From Candidatus Bathyarchaeota archaeon (GTDB lineage: Archaea; Thermoproteota; Bathyarchaeia; Bathyarchaeales; Bathycorpusculaceae): DNA of 64,000 nucleotides. Below are positions 9,865-19,069 of this stretch, one piece after another. The position numbers and the translations under genes were made by a program. Positions within the stretch are counted from its first letter, which is position 1; the number at the start of each line of letters is the position of its first letter. A model generated the notes under the pieces. That model searched no databases and was not told the origin of the DNA. It saw only the letters and a list, made by a program, of their open reading frames with translations. The stretch spans positions 1,280,001-1,344,000 of the forward strand of contig CAWEPZ010000011.1 of assembly GCA_963811105.1 (NCBI GenBank). Direction: 5' to 3'.

Positions 9865-10655
9865 TATTCAGTTTCTCCTTTGCTGTATAGTTTACCTAAG
9901 GATTCAATTGCTCCATTTGTCCAAAGTGTTAAACGTCCTGGATGAGTCCCTGGCGCTAACATTTCAGTGTTAAGGTTAGTGACCGTAGTGACTTCAACTC
10001 CTGGAACGTTGCTTGCAGCATTGGCTAGACTTTTACTCTCAACTACAACAATTAGTGGTCCAACAGCTTGCTTCATTTTTCTGCCTCGATGCTTGCCTTT
10101 GCCCGCACGGACATTTCGGCTATCTCGCACTCGGGTAATATCTTGTATGACACCTAAGCGTGTAAAAGCTTCCTCAACTTCTTTAGCCTTGGTTAAACCC
10201 TCTATCGCATTGTCAATTATCAACGGTATCTGAAGAACATCAGCAATTCTGTGACCACGCGAAGCTACTGTATCTTTCTGTGCAGTAGCTGCAATCGCTG
10301 AAAATAACGCCAATTTAGCTTCTTTCTTTGGGATGCTTCTGAGAATTTTCTTTTCGGCTCTTGGCGGATGAGGCTGTCTTCCCTTAACTGTGCTTGGTGC
10401 AAAAGCTGCTCGACCGCTGCCGCCTTTTATGCGGGGAACTCTTGCTATCGCCATGCCTGTTCCACGTGATTCTGCGGTTGTTCTTTTTCCAGCCATGGGG
10501 TCTCTTCCTTGCGGTTGAATTCTACTGGATTGGATGGCTAAGACTGCACGCTTTATGACGTCTGGTCTTAGCGGTGTGGAGAACACGCGGGGAAGATTGA
10601 TTTTTCCTGTTGGTTCTCCTTGTAAATCGAAAATTTCTGCTGTTTTTGATGCCAT
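9864..10655 (-). CDS. rpl4: 50S ribosomal protein L4
   Basis: RPDVIKRAV, RAGKGK, LAPGTHPGRLTLWT. Confidence 0.97.
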   Translation of the reverse strand: MASKTAEIFDLQGEPTGKINLPRVFSTPLRPDVIKRAVLAIQSSRIQPQGRDPMAGKRTTAESRGTGMAIARVPRIKGGSGRAAFAPSTVKGRQPHPPRAEKKILRSIPKKEAKLALFSAIAATAQKDTVASRGHRIADVLQIPLIIDNAIEGLTKAKEVEEAFTRLGVIQDITRVRDSRNVRAGKGKHRGRKMKQAVGPLIVVVESKSLANAASNVPGVEVTTVTNLNTEMLAPGTHPGRLTLWTNGAIESLGKLYSKGETE

Positions 10656-10666
10656 GGCTATTCAAC

Positions 10667-11680
10667 CTATTTTCCTTGTGGAGATTCTAGCGACACATAA
10701 GTAACTTGTGGCGCTGCCTCTGGGATTTCCGTTGGTGGACGTGCAGGAACACGCAAACGAATTTGGCGTTTTTCTGTTCCTGGAATACTGCCTTCCATCA
10801 GTATATATGGGCCTTTTACTTCGCCATATCGGATGTATCCGCCTTTAACGGTCACTTCTTTGCCGTTTTTACCGATTTTTAGTATGCGTTTATTGAATTC
10901 TATGCGTTGGTGATAACCCATTTGTCCAGCTCTTGGGATAGAGTACATGAGGTGGTGCGGGTTCCATGGTCCCAAGGTGGCGATCCCTCGTTTTGTTTTT
11001 CTTCCCTTATGCTGTAGGCAGGTTACTCCCCAACGTTTAACTGGACCTTGGAAACCTTTGCCCACCGTAATTCCTCCTATGTCAATGTATTGGCCATCTT
11101 TGAAGACTTCTTCAGGCGTCACGGTTTTTCCTAAAAGTTGTTTAGCATATTCGAATTGCTGCACTATTGTTCCGCCGCCTAGCTGGATTTCGCATGCTTC
11201 AGGCTTCTTCTTTGAAAGACTGGTTTGCGATGGTTGGGTGGCGGTGATAACTCGAACTACATTTGTTTGTTCGAGGTTTTGCTGCAATTTTTCAAGCATG
11301 GCTTCAGTGTTAAAGGCATCGGGCAAAACCAGAAGTCGACCAAGTATGGCTGGTGGATCTTTCATCCATGCTTCTGATATGTCTTTAAGCCCATATGGCG
11401 TTTTAGTGTATGTTCTAATGCCACAAACAATGATAGGTGGCGTTTCTAGTATAGTTGCTGCTCGCATTACTTCTTTACCAAAATTAGGTGAACGTCTACG
11501 GTCTTCGATTGTAAACACATAGGTCATTCCTGCTTTGTACGCTGAAAAACCTAAAAGCTTTGGAGAATCTGACTTGATTTCTGGCCAATATCGGATTCGG
11601 GCTGTTGGTTTTTTAGCGCGATGCCTAGGTAAGTAGGCTAATGAACCATGTTTTGGAGCATGAGTTTTACGATGTCCCAT
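10667..11680 (-). CDS. rpl3: 50S ribosomal protein L3
   Basis: HGSLAYLPR, YKAGMT, GKGFQGPVKRWG, RAGQMGYHQR. Confidence 0.97.
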   Translation of the reverse strand: MGHRKTHAPKHGSLAYLPRHRAKKPTARIRYWPEIKSDSPKLLGFSAYKAGMTYVFTIEDRRRSPNFGKEVMRAATILETPPIIVCGIRTYTKTPYGLKDISEAWMKDPPAILGRLLVLPDAFNTEAMLEKLQQNLEQTNVVRVITATQPSQTSLSKKKPEACEIQLGGGTIVQQFEYAKQLLGKTVTPEEVFKDGQYIDIGGITVGKGFQGPVKRWGVTCLQHKGRKTKRGIATLGPWNPHHLMYSIPRAGQMGYHQRIEFNKRILKIGKNGKEVTVKGGYIRYGEVKGPYILMEGSIPGTEKRQIRLRVPARPPTEIPEAAPQVTYVSLESPQGK

Positions 11681-12050
11681 TGTACTTCAGCTTCGCGCCT
11701 TTAGCAAATATAAAAAGGAGTTATAAACGTTACCATCAGAAATGAGAAAGCGAGTGCCATTGCTATCTGAATGATGTTTGAGCCTTTATCTATTCAGGTT
11801 AAACCAATATCTTGTGTGCCCTTATGCTTTGCGGTCGAAATTTTTAAGATTAGAATTATGGATGTAAAAGTTGCGACTTTCCTTTGAAATTTTTTTTCCA
11901 GATGCTCACTATTACTTTTGATTAGTCAATTTTTGGAGCCTAACTTAATTATCTTAATTTGTATTGGGCTAATGACACTGCAGTCCAATATCGCCTGTTC
12001 TCTTTGGCTGGAAATCTTTTTTACTCTGCTAAGGCAATGGTTCTATTCAA

Positions 12051-12174
12051 GCCGGGGTGGCGGAGTGGTTATCGCGCCAGCCTCGAGAATTGTAAAAAAG
12101 AGGGCTAAGACCGAAAGGCAAGATAGCTGGTGGGCTTAGTGCTCGCAGGGGTTCGAATCCCTTCCCCGGCGCCA
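12051..12174 (+). tRNA. tRNA-Ser(CGA) with 37-nt intron at 37/38 (12088-12124) and encoded CCA
   Basis: Acceptor GCCGGGG/CCCCGGC, G discriminator, anticodon stem CCAGC/GCTGG with loop CT-CGA-G^A, long variable arm, GGTTCGAATCC T-arm. Confidence 0.9.
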
Positions 12175-12401
12175 TTTTACCATTTAGAGCCAGGATGAAC
12201 TTGTTATACCAAAATAACCTATATGCTGCCTTATTTACTTATTGCCTTAACACTTTCAATGGCACTCGCGCTATCTGAATTCCCTTCAAATAAGCAAATT
12301 TTATATAAAGGCACAGTCTAAAAAGGAAGATAGATAAACCCCGAAAATCGGGTAGAAAAAAATTTTTCTAAACAAAGTTGTATCCTATTGAAGGTTAAGC
12401 C

Positions 12402-12836
12402 ATGATCTCGGACATTTCCAAAGGAACAGGAACAAAACTCTCCAGAAACGCCATTATACTTGCTATAATGATGATTGCGAACGTCGTGATAATCATCCTC
12501 TTAACTCCAATCGGCTTTGAGACCCGCCCGATATCCTCCTTGAAGACGCTCGGCTACATCGCGATTACTACCATTTTTGTCGGTCTCGCACTGGATCTGA
12601 CGTCAATCGTCCTCCTTCTCTTCAAGAGAGTTAGAGTCAGGTTGGCTTCGAGTCTGACGATCATCAGCTCGGTCCTCTTCTTCCTGATCATTTCGGTAGA
12701 TCGAACCGGTTCTTTCTTCTCGGTACCAACCCCTCCTGCAATTAACACCCTCGAATACCTCTTCACTGCCATACTAATCATAACTGTCTTCATAGCGTCA
12801 TTGGTTTACAGATGGAGTAAGACCTCTTCAAGCTAA
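12402..12836 (+). CDS. Hypothetical membrane protein (~4 TM)
   Basis: 144-aa ORF with four hydrophobic segments. Confidence 0.7.
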   Translation: MISDISKGTGTKLSRNAIILAIMMIANVVIIILLTPIGFETRPISSLKTLGYIAITTIFVGLALDLTSIVLLLFKRVRVRLASSLTIISSVLFFLIISVDRTGSFFSVPTPPAINTLEYLFTAILIITVFIASLVYRWSKTSSS

Positions 12837-12925
12837 TGACTTCAGTCGAACTCCAAACACAGAACACAGACAGGCCAGCATTTCGACAAATCGGACGGAA
12901 CGCTTTCTTGGATAGTCCTTGAACG

Positions 12926-13078
12926 CTCGATAGCCTCAACTTAGAGAAGCTCGGATTCAAGCATTCAGTACTCGCAGACACAGGCAGACCGTCTTATCAT
13001 CCCTCAGACCTTCTCAAGCTCTACGTTTACGGATACCTCAACCAGGTAAGATCAAGCCGGAAACTGAGAAAGAATTGA
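12926..13078 (+). pseudogene. IS1182-family transposase N-terminal fragment
   Basis: LDSLNLEKLGF...TGRPSYHPSDLLKLYVYGYLNQVRSSRKL resembles the DUF772 region; no start codon, ends next to the nikR stop. Confidence 0.8.
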
Positions 13079-13079
13079 T

Positions 13080-13499
13080 CTAAATTATTTCTGATTCATC
13101 TGTTGTCATAACAGAAAATTTAATTTGTTTGACTGGTTTGTTGGCCTTCAGCCCATCAATCAATTCCTTTAATCGGCTGGTCGGGCCTTTAATTACCATA
13201 ACCTCAAGACAACTAGTATCAGTCAGATGAGAATGAAGATAAGCCGTAATCATATCGCTGAATTCGTGTTGAAGTCTAAACAGTTCCTCGTTCTTTTCTT
13301 CTTTATTATAAAGAACCGAGATAGTGGCGATTACATTGCCTTTTTGTTCATCGAGCTTTTTGTATTCGGTTAAGTAACTTCGGAGCGCTTGTCTGAGGAC
13401 TTCGGATCTAGTTGCAGATTTTTGCTCTCCTAGCACTGCATCTAATTCTTCAAGCAACTCCGTAGGCAATGAAAGACTGATAATGCTCATTTTTGTCAC
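13080..13499 (-). CDS. nikR: NikR-family metal-responsive regulator (RHH + ACT)
   Basis: IISLSLP...RSEVLRQALR; metal ligands retained in LQHEF...HSHL...SCLEV. Confidence 0.88.
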   Translation of the reverse strand: MTKMSIISLSLPTELLEELDAVLGEQKSATRSEVLRQALRSYLTEYKKLDEQKGNVIATISVLYNKEEKNEELFRLQHEFSDMITAYLHSHLTDTSCLEVMVIKGPTSRLKELIDGLKANKPVKQIKFSVMTTDESEII

Positions 13500-13625
13500 C
13501 TTTCATTATGTTTTATTGTTCCAGTTTAATAAATTGCTCAGCTAAGATGCGTTTATGTCTCGAGGTATTCACTGGTAATTATTATCAGAGGGCTGTTAAA
13601 TCTCAGTTCCTCAGAAAAAACGCTT

Positions 13626-13657
13626 AGTTATTAAAAAAATGGCAAAACTTAATAACT
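13626..13657. promoter_or_regulatory. Putative NikR operator
   Basis: Perfect inverted repeat AGTTATTAA-N14-TTAATAACT, i.e. TTATTA-N16-TAATAA, the half-site spacing of the E. coli NikR operator; ends 37 bp upstream of the ABC operon. Confidence 0.7.
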
Positions 13658-13694
13658 TCTCAAGGCTATGGGCTTTTAGGAAGGAAGTGTTTTC

Positions 13695-14633
13695 ATGAGG
13701 AAAAGAACTTACGTAATAGTCGTAGTTTTGGTAGCAATAATCCTCGCAGGAACTGCTTTAACGTTATATTTTTCAAATAGTACAACGCCCGGCACAAGTT
13801 CAAAATTAAAAGTTGTTGCAACATTTTATCCATTGTATGATTTTGCACAAAATGTAGGGGGCAACAGAACTGACGTCTCAATCCTTGTTCCTGAAACTGT
13901 TGATGTGCATGCTTTTGAACCAACGCCATCTTCAATAGCAGAGGTCTCAAGTGCAGACGTGTTAATTTACGACGGAGCTGGACTAGAACCATGGATTCAA
14001 GACGTAATTAGTGCAGCTGGAAACACAAAACTTATCCAAGTAGACTCAAGCCAAGGAATCAACCTCCTTCCAGTACCATCACAATTTCAAAGAGGTAACC
14101 AAACAATTGACCCTCACATCTGGCTTGATCCCTTAAACGCAAAACAACAAGTAAACAATATTCTTCGAGGATTAATCAAGGCTGACCCTGCTGACAGCCA
14201 GTATTTCACCCAAAATGCACAAGCTTATGACGCTAAATTCGACAACTTGAACTCTTTAGCAATAAACGCCACTACAGACACAGCAACAAAATACTTTGTA
14301 ACCTTCCATGAAGCCTTCGCCTACTTCGCACATCAATATAACGTTACACAGCTTGCGATTTCAGGCCCATTCGAGGAAGAACCAACACCCACTGATATCC
14401 AGAACGTAATTAATGCAATTAACCAATATCACCTAAGATATGTAGGCTATGAATCGCTTGAAAACCAAGCAATATCCCAATCTATCAGCAGCCAAACAAA
14501 CGCGACTCTCATCAACATGAACCCCATCGAAGGGCTGACAACACAAGAAAAAGATAGAGGAGACAACTACATAACTCTCATGCAACAGAACATAAATAAT
14601 ATTCATTTGGCGTTGACTAATGTCGGAACCTAA
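13695..14633 (+). CDS. Metal ABC transporter substrate-binding protein (ZnuA/TroA family)
   Basis: VVATFYPLY, DVHAFEP, DPHIWLDP, TFHEAFAYF; N-terminal anchor. Confidence 0.93.
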   Translation: MRKRTYVIVVVLVAIILAGTALTLYFSNSTTPGTSSKLKVVATFYPLYDFAQNVGGNRTDVSILVPETVDVHAFEPTPSSIAEVSSADVLIYDGAGLEPWIQDVISAAGNTKLIQVDSSQGINLLPVPSQFQRGNQTIDPHIWLDPLNAKQQVNNILRGLIKADPADSQYFTQNAQAYDAKFDNLNSLAINATTDTATKYFVTFHEAFAYFAHQYNVTQLAISGPFEEEPTPTDIQNVINAINQYHLRYVGYESLENQAISQSISSQTNATLINMNPIEGLTTQEKDRGDNYITLMQQNINNIHLALTNVGT

Positions 14634-15381
14634 ACCAATCGTCGAAATACGCGATCTAAGCGTCAAATATCCAAACGGAGTTATGGCTCTCGAAGGCATA
14701 AACTTAGACGTAAATCAGAAAGACCTGATTGCGCTCATAGGACCTAATGGCGCTGGAAAATCAACACTCCTAAAAGTCATTTTGGGATTAACAAAAGCTA
14801 CAAGCGGCTCAATCAAACTTTTCGGGAGCCCGGACTTAGGTAAAAATCTAAAATATGTCGGTTATGTGCCGCAAAGTGCGCAAGCAAGAGACCCAAACTT
14901 GCCCTTTAGTGTTTATGAGACAGTTATGCTTGGAAGAACTCCAGTTGCAGGGTTATTTCATGGAATGGGCGATAAAGACAGGCAAAAGGTTGAGGAAACG
15001 CTCAAACTCTTTGGAATATATGAGCTTAAAGATAGAAAAATTGGTCAACTCTCAGGTGGTCAATCACAACGTGTTTTCCTGGCAAAAGCGATGGTTGCGG
15101 AGCCCAAATTGCTTTTGCTTGATGAGCCAACTAGCGGGGTAGATACGTCTTCGAAAAAAGAGTTCTATAATATTCTGGATCGCTTAAACAAGGAGCGTGG
15201 GATAACTGTTATTTTATCTTCTCATGACATAGGTGTAATAACAAAGATAGCAAACAGAGTTCTTTGTGTAAACAAGTCACAGTTCTTCTGTGGAGAAAAC
15301 GAAGACTTCTCTGCAAACGTTGAGATTCATAAAATGTACGATCACCCTGTGGAGATTATGGATCATCATGACCATCCTTGA
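14620..15381 (+). CDS. Metal ABC transporter ATPase (ZnuC-like)
   Basis: GPNGAGKS, LSGGQ, LLLDEP, SSHD, His-rich C-terminus. Confidence 0.93.
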   Translation: MSEPKPIVEIRDLSVKYPNGVMALEGINLDVNQKDLIALIGPNGAGKSTLLKVILGLTKATSGSIKLFGSPDLGKNLKYVGYVPQSAQARDPNLPFSVYETVMLGRTPVAGLFHGMGDKDRQKVEETLKLFGIYELKDRKIGQLSGGQSQRVFLAKAMVAEPKLLLLDEPTSGVDTSSKKEFYNILDRLNKERGITVILSSHDIGVITKIANRVLCVNKSQFFCGENEDFSANVEIHKMYDHPVEIMDHHDHP

Positions 15382-16207
15382 TGTCCTTTCTTTGCTTCAA
15401 GCACCTTTTATACAACGTGCATTCATCATAAGTATAATTATTGCTATTCTCAGCTCTATCCTAAGCATTTTTATTGTTTTAAAGAAAATCTCATTGATAG
15501 GTGATGGGCTGTCTCACACAGCCTTTGGAGGATTAGCCCTTGGATACTACCTCAGTGTTTTTCCTATTTGGATAGCGGGAATTGTTGTGGTGTTAGGGTC
15601 TATTGGGATCAATAAGGCTTTACGTTCGACAAAGATTTCAGGTGACGCTGCAGTTGCTGTTTTTCTTCAACTTGGTCTTGCAGGAGGCATAACCTTGTTG
15701 AGCCTTGCAAGGGGCTTTGGCGTTAACCTTGAGAGCCTGCTTTTTGGAAGCATCCTGATAGTAAATATGGACCAAATTATAACGGCGGCGGTTGTTGCAG
15801 CAATAGCCCTTGGCATAATTTTTGTATTCTTCAAAGAAATGGTTTACATTACTTTTGATGAAACTCAGGCCCGAGCTGCAGGAATCAAGACATGGGTTTT
15901 TGACTATCTTCTGAGCATTCTCGCCGGTGTGGTTGTAATTATTGCTATACCGATAGTTGGTGTACTCTTAATTTCAGCATTACTTGTGTTACCTGCTTTA
16001 ATAAGCACTCAAATCACAAAATCTTTTAAGCAAACTGTCATCCTTGCACCAATAATTGGCCTTATCACGGTGATATTCGGCATATTGGCATCCGTAATTT
16101 TAGACGCAGCTCCTGGAGGAACAATTGTCCTTGTTGGCTTAGCGATTCTTGCAATAGTTTTTGTGGCAAAAAGAATCCAGAGTGCTATGAATAATCCAGA
16201 AAAATGA
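15368..16207 (+). CDS. Metal ABC transporter permease (ZnuB-like)
   Basis: GDGLSHTAFGG, LFGSIL, TFDETQARAAG; start at the ATG overlapping the ATPase end. Confidence 0.92.
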   Translation: MTILDVLSLLQAPFIQRAFIISIIIAILSSILSIFIVLKKISLIGDGLSHTAFGGLALGYYLSVFPIWIAGIVVVLGSIGINKALRSTKISGDAAVAVFLQLGLAGGITLLSLARGFGVNLESLLFGSILIVNMDQIITAAVVAAIALGIIFVFFKEMVYITFDETQARAAGIKTWVFDYLLSILAGVVVIIAIPIVGVLLISALLVLPALISTQITKSFKQTVILAPIIGLITVIFGILASVILDAAPGGTIVLVGLAILAIVFVAKRIQSAMNNPEK

Positions 16208-16311
16208 GGCTGAATGTAGTAGAAGAATCTTAAAAATTAACAAACACTTAGAAAAAAAGTATGGAGAACACACTGCTGAAAAAAAGCGGTTTCGAACCTT
16301 AGACAGTGTGA

Positions 16312-16450
16312 GTCTCTACCGGGCTCATCCCCAACCAAGCATTTTCCTTATTTTCAAAGCGGCTTACTAGTAAATTGGGGTTCGAATCTCTTCCCCGGCG
16401 CCATTTTTTAGAGCTGATTTCAAGGCTATTTTTTAGAATCAAGTATAATT
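16312..16450 (+). repeat. 139-bp att-junction repeat, copy 1 (65-bp arm + 27-bp tRNA core + 47-bp arm)
   Basis: Aligns ungapped with 18518-18656, 8 mismatches by manual count. Confidence 0.92.
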
Positions 16451-16601
16451 TAACCCTATTTAGCATTTCTTTCAAAACAATCCAAATTTGAGAAGGATTT
16501 CTTAATAGTAAAAATTCGCGAATTCGCAACTTAGTTCAATTTAAGGCAAGATCGTTCGATTAGAATTTAGTCGGTGAAGCCGCTGGGTCCCAGACCCAAA
16601 T

Positions 16602-16731
16602 GAGAGTGTATAAAAACTCAAATTAAGTTTTTGAAATTGCGTCTATATCTGAAAACACACCATGAAGCTCCCACCAAATCACAATAAACTTAGTAATTTT
16701 CTGAAGTTGAAATCAGTTTTTACACAGTCTC
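16602..16731. mobile_element. 130-bp MITE-like element with IS1182-like terminal inverted repeats
   Basis: Left end GAGAGTGTATAAAAACT; right end reverse complement GAGACTGTGTAAAAACT (15/17); no coding capacity. Confidence 0.65.
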
Positions 16732-16909
16732 AAAAGGGTTCGAAACCTTTCAAGATTAGTTGGCACGCTGTTATATTTTTTGCCCTGCTATTTTCTTGAT
16801 TAAAATTTAATAAAACCCAAACCAAAATTTTTCATGTAATTCTGTATATATATATTGGATAAGGGTATTATTTAGTTAAATAAGGTTTATTTTTTATAAG
16901 GTTAAAGTT

Positions 16910-18461
16910 ATGCCCGTTAACCCAAATAATTCTAAAGTTTCAAAAGAGCCCACCAAAGCAGCCGTTGTGCATAAGAGCTTGCTTGGAATTAAGAAAAAGT
17001 ATGATGCTCTTTTTAACCAAAACATTAACGGATTGGCTTACTGCAAAACAATATTCGATGACAGCAATCAGCCCATTGATTATGTTTTTCTTGAAGTTAA
17101 CAATGCATTTGAGAAGCAAACGGGTCTAAAAAAAGAAAACGTTGTGGGTAAACACGCAACCCAAATAATTCCAAACATCAAAAATTCAGCTTTCGATTTT
17201 ATAAACATCTACGGTAAAGTTGTGCTTACTGGAGAACCAGTTGAAACCTACCAAGAAGACCTAAAACGTTGGCACTCTGTCTATGTTGTCAGCCCAAAAA
17301 AGACCTTTTTCCTCTCTCTGTTTACAGATATAACAAACCGCAAGCAAGCTGAAGAAACATTAGCTTATCAGGCTGATTTATTGTCAAAGGTTCATGAAGC
17401 GCTTGTTGGCATTGATGCAAACTACATAATTACGTATTGGAATAGTGCTGCTGAAGAAATATTTGGCTGGACAAAAGAAGAAGTACTTGGAAAAAACTCT
17501 GAAGAATTACTGCAAACAAAAATTGAAGGCTCCTCACGCGATGAAGGAATAACTAAGTTGCTGGCGCCGGGTCATTATGAAGGCGAAGTGCAGTATTTAC
17601 GCAAGGATGGTACATACTTTTTTGCTGATGTTAATGCCGTCACCATAAAAGACGCTAATGGGAAACTGCAGGGCATTATGACTGTTGCTCGAGACATTAC
17701 TGAACGTAAGCAGATGGAAGCTAAACTTGAAAGATATAGCAGGCACTTGGAGGATTTGGTTGAGGAGCGAACTAAACAGCTCAGTGATGGTGAACGGTTA
17801 GCTGCTATCGGTCAAACTGCGGGCATGGTTGGACATGACATACGCAATCCTTTGCAGGCTATCACCAGCGATGTCTACTTGGCTAAAACAGAGTTGGCTT
17901 CGACATCTGAAAGTGAAGAGAAAAAAGAACGCATTGGAAAGCTTGGATGAGGTTGAAAAGAACGTAGAGTACATCAACAAGATTGTGGCGGACCTACAAG
18001 ACTATGCGAGATCCATCAAGCCAATGGTACAGGAAACTGACCTGGAGGCGATCATTGAAAATTTGCTGCTAAAGAATGACGCCCCCAAGAACATCAAAGT
18101 CTCTTCCAGCGTAGAGAATGACTCAAAGAAAATCGTGGCTGACCCTGATTTGTTAAAACGGATTCTGTACAACTTGATGACGAATGCTGTGCAGGCTATG
18201 CCGGAAGGCGGAAAGCTAAGCGTCCACGCTTACAGAGACGGCGGCGACTATGTCATAACGGTGAAGGATACAGGTATGGGCATACCAAAAGAAGCGAAAA
18301 GCAAGTTGTTCACGCCGCTGTTCACCACTAAAGCTAAGGGTCAAGGCCTCGGCTTAGCTGTCGTTAAACGGATGACTGAAGCGATAGGCGGCACAGTATC
18401 ATTTGAGAGTCAAGAAGGCAAAGGAACAACTTTCACAGTACGTTTGCCGACTTTGAATTGA
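16910..18461 (+). pseudogene. PAS-PAS histidine kinase, frameshifted in the A6 run at 17921-17926
   Basis: PAS domains and H-box GHDIRNPL in ORF 16910-17950; N, G1, F and G2 boxes (NAVQA, DTGMG, FTPLFTTK, GQGLGL) in the +1 frame to 18461. Confidence 0.85.
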
Positions 18462-18517
18462 CATTCAAACTTAGAAAACTGTTTTTGCTTAGTAGACTCG
18501 AACTCGAAACGGTTAGG

Positions 18518-18656
18518 GTCTCTACCGGGCTCATCCCCAACCAAGTATTTTCCTTATTTTCAAAGCGGCTTACTAGTAAATTGGGGCTCGAATCCCTTCC
18601 CCGGCGCCATTTTTTAGAGCTAATTTAAAGGTTATTTTATATAATCAAGTATAATT
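18518..18656 (+). repeat. 139-bp att-junction repeat, copy 2
   Basis: Near-identical to 16312-16450; tRNA core at 18583-18609. Confidence 0.92.
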
Positions 18657-18770
18657 CTGCCGCCAAGTCTATCTGTGAGAGTGAAGGGAGTAAGAGGTCC
18701 TGTGGCGGATGGAGAACTGCCAAAATGTAAAGAATTTGGAATAAGGATAGCAAATCAACTAAATCCCTAA
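18657..18770 (+). pseudogene. Flavodoxin-like C-terminal remnant
   Basis: LPPSLSVRVKGVRGPVADGELPKCKEFGIRIANQLNP*; begins exactly where the repeat arm ends. Confidence 0.55.
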
Positions 18771-18824
18771 ATCCAAATCATAGAAAAAGAGATAATTTAG
18801 GACTTATTAGAATTGACGGTCTCT

Positions 18825-18911
18825 ATGATTCTAGACGTTGTTTGTGGTATGGAAATTGATCAGAAAAACTCAAAACGGGAAACAGAGCATAAAAATAAAG
18901 TTATCGAATGA
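18825..18911 (+). pseudogene. Truncated YHS/TRASH-domain protein
   Basis: MILDVVCGMEIDQKNSKRETEHKNKVIE*; DxVCGM motif present, YYFCS half missing. Confidence 0.6.
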
Positions 18912-19069
18912 ATCGCCCGATCAGTACGGCTGTTTTTTTGTTTGGATTTCTCCTAATTCTTTTTTTAATATCCTGTACATTTTTTAAGCATATTCTAAAT
19001 TATTAGGTTAAGACAAAAAAAATTGAAAAATGGAAAGAAAATGGCGATTTCTTAACTTTAGTAGTCGAG

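Noticed and set aside
10947-11522. Long antisense ORFs (here, and at 26978-28177, 53792-54271, 63504-63977)
   Set aside because: Shadow frames opposite well-conserved genes, with no recognisable motifs
16299-16529. 76-aa minus-strand ORF containing WRRGRDSNP
   Set aside because: This is the antisense translation of the tRNA-derived att core, not a protein
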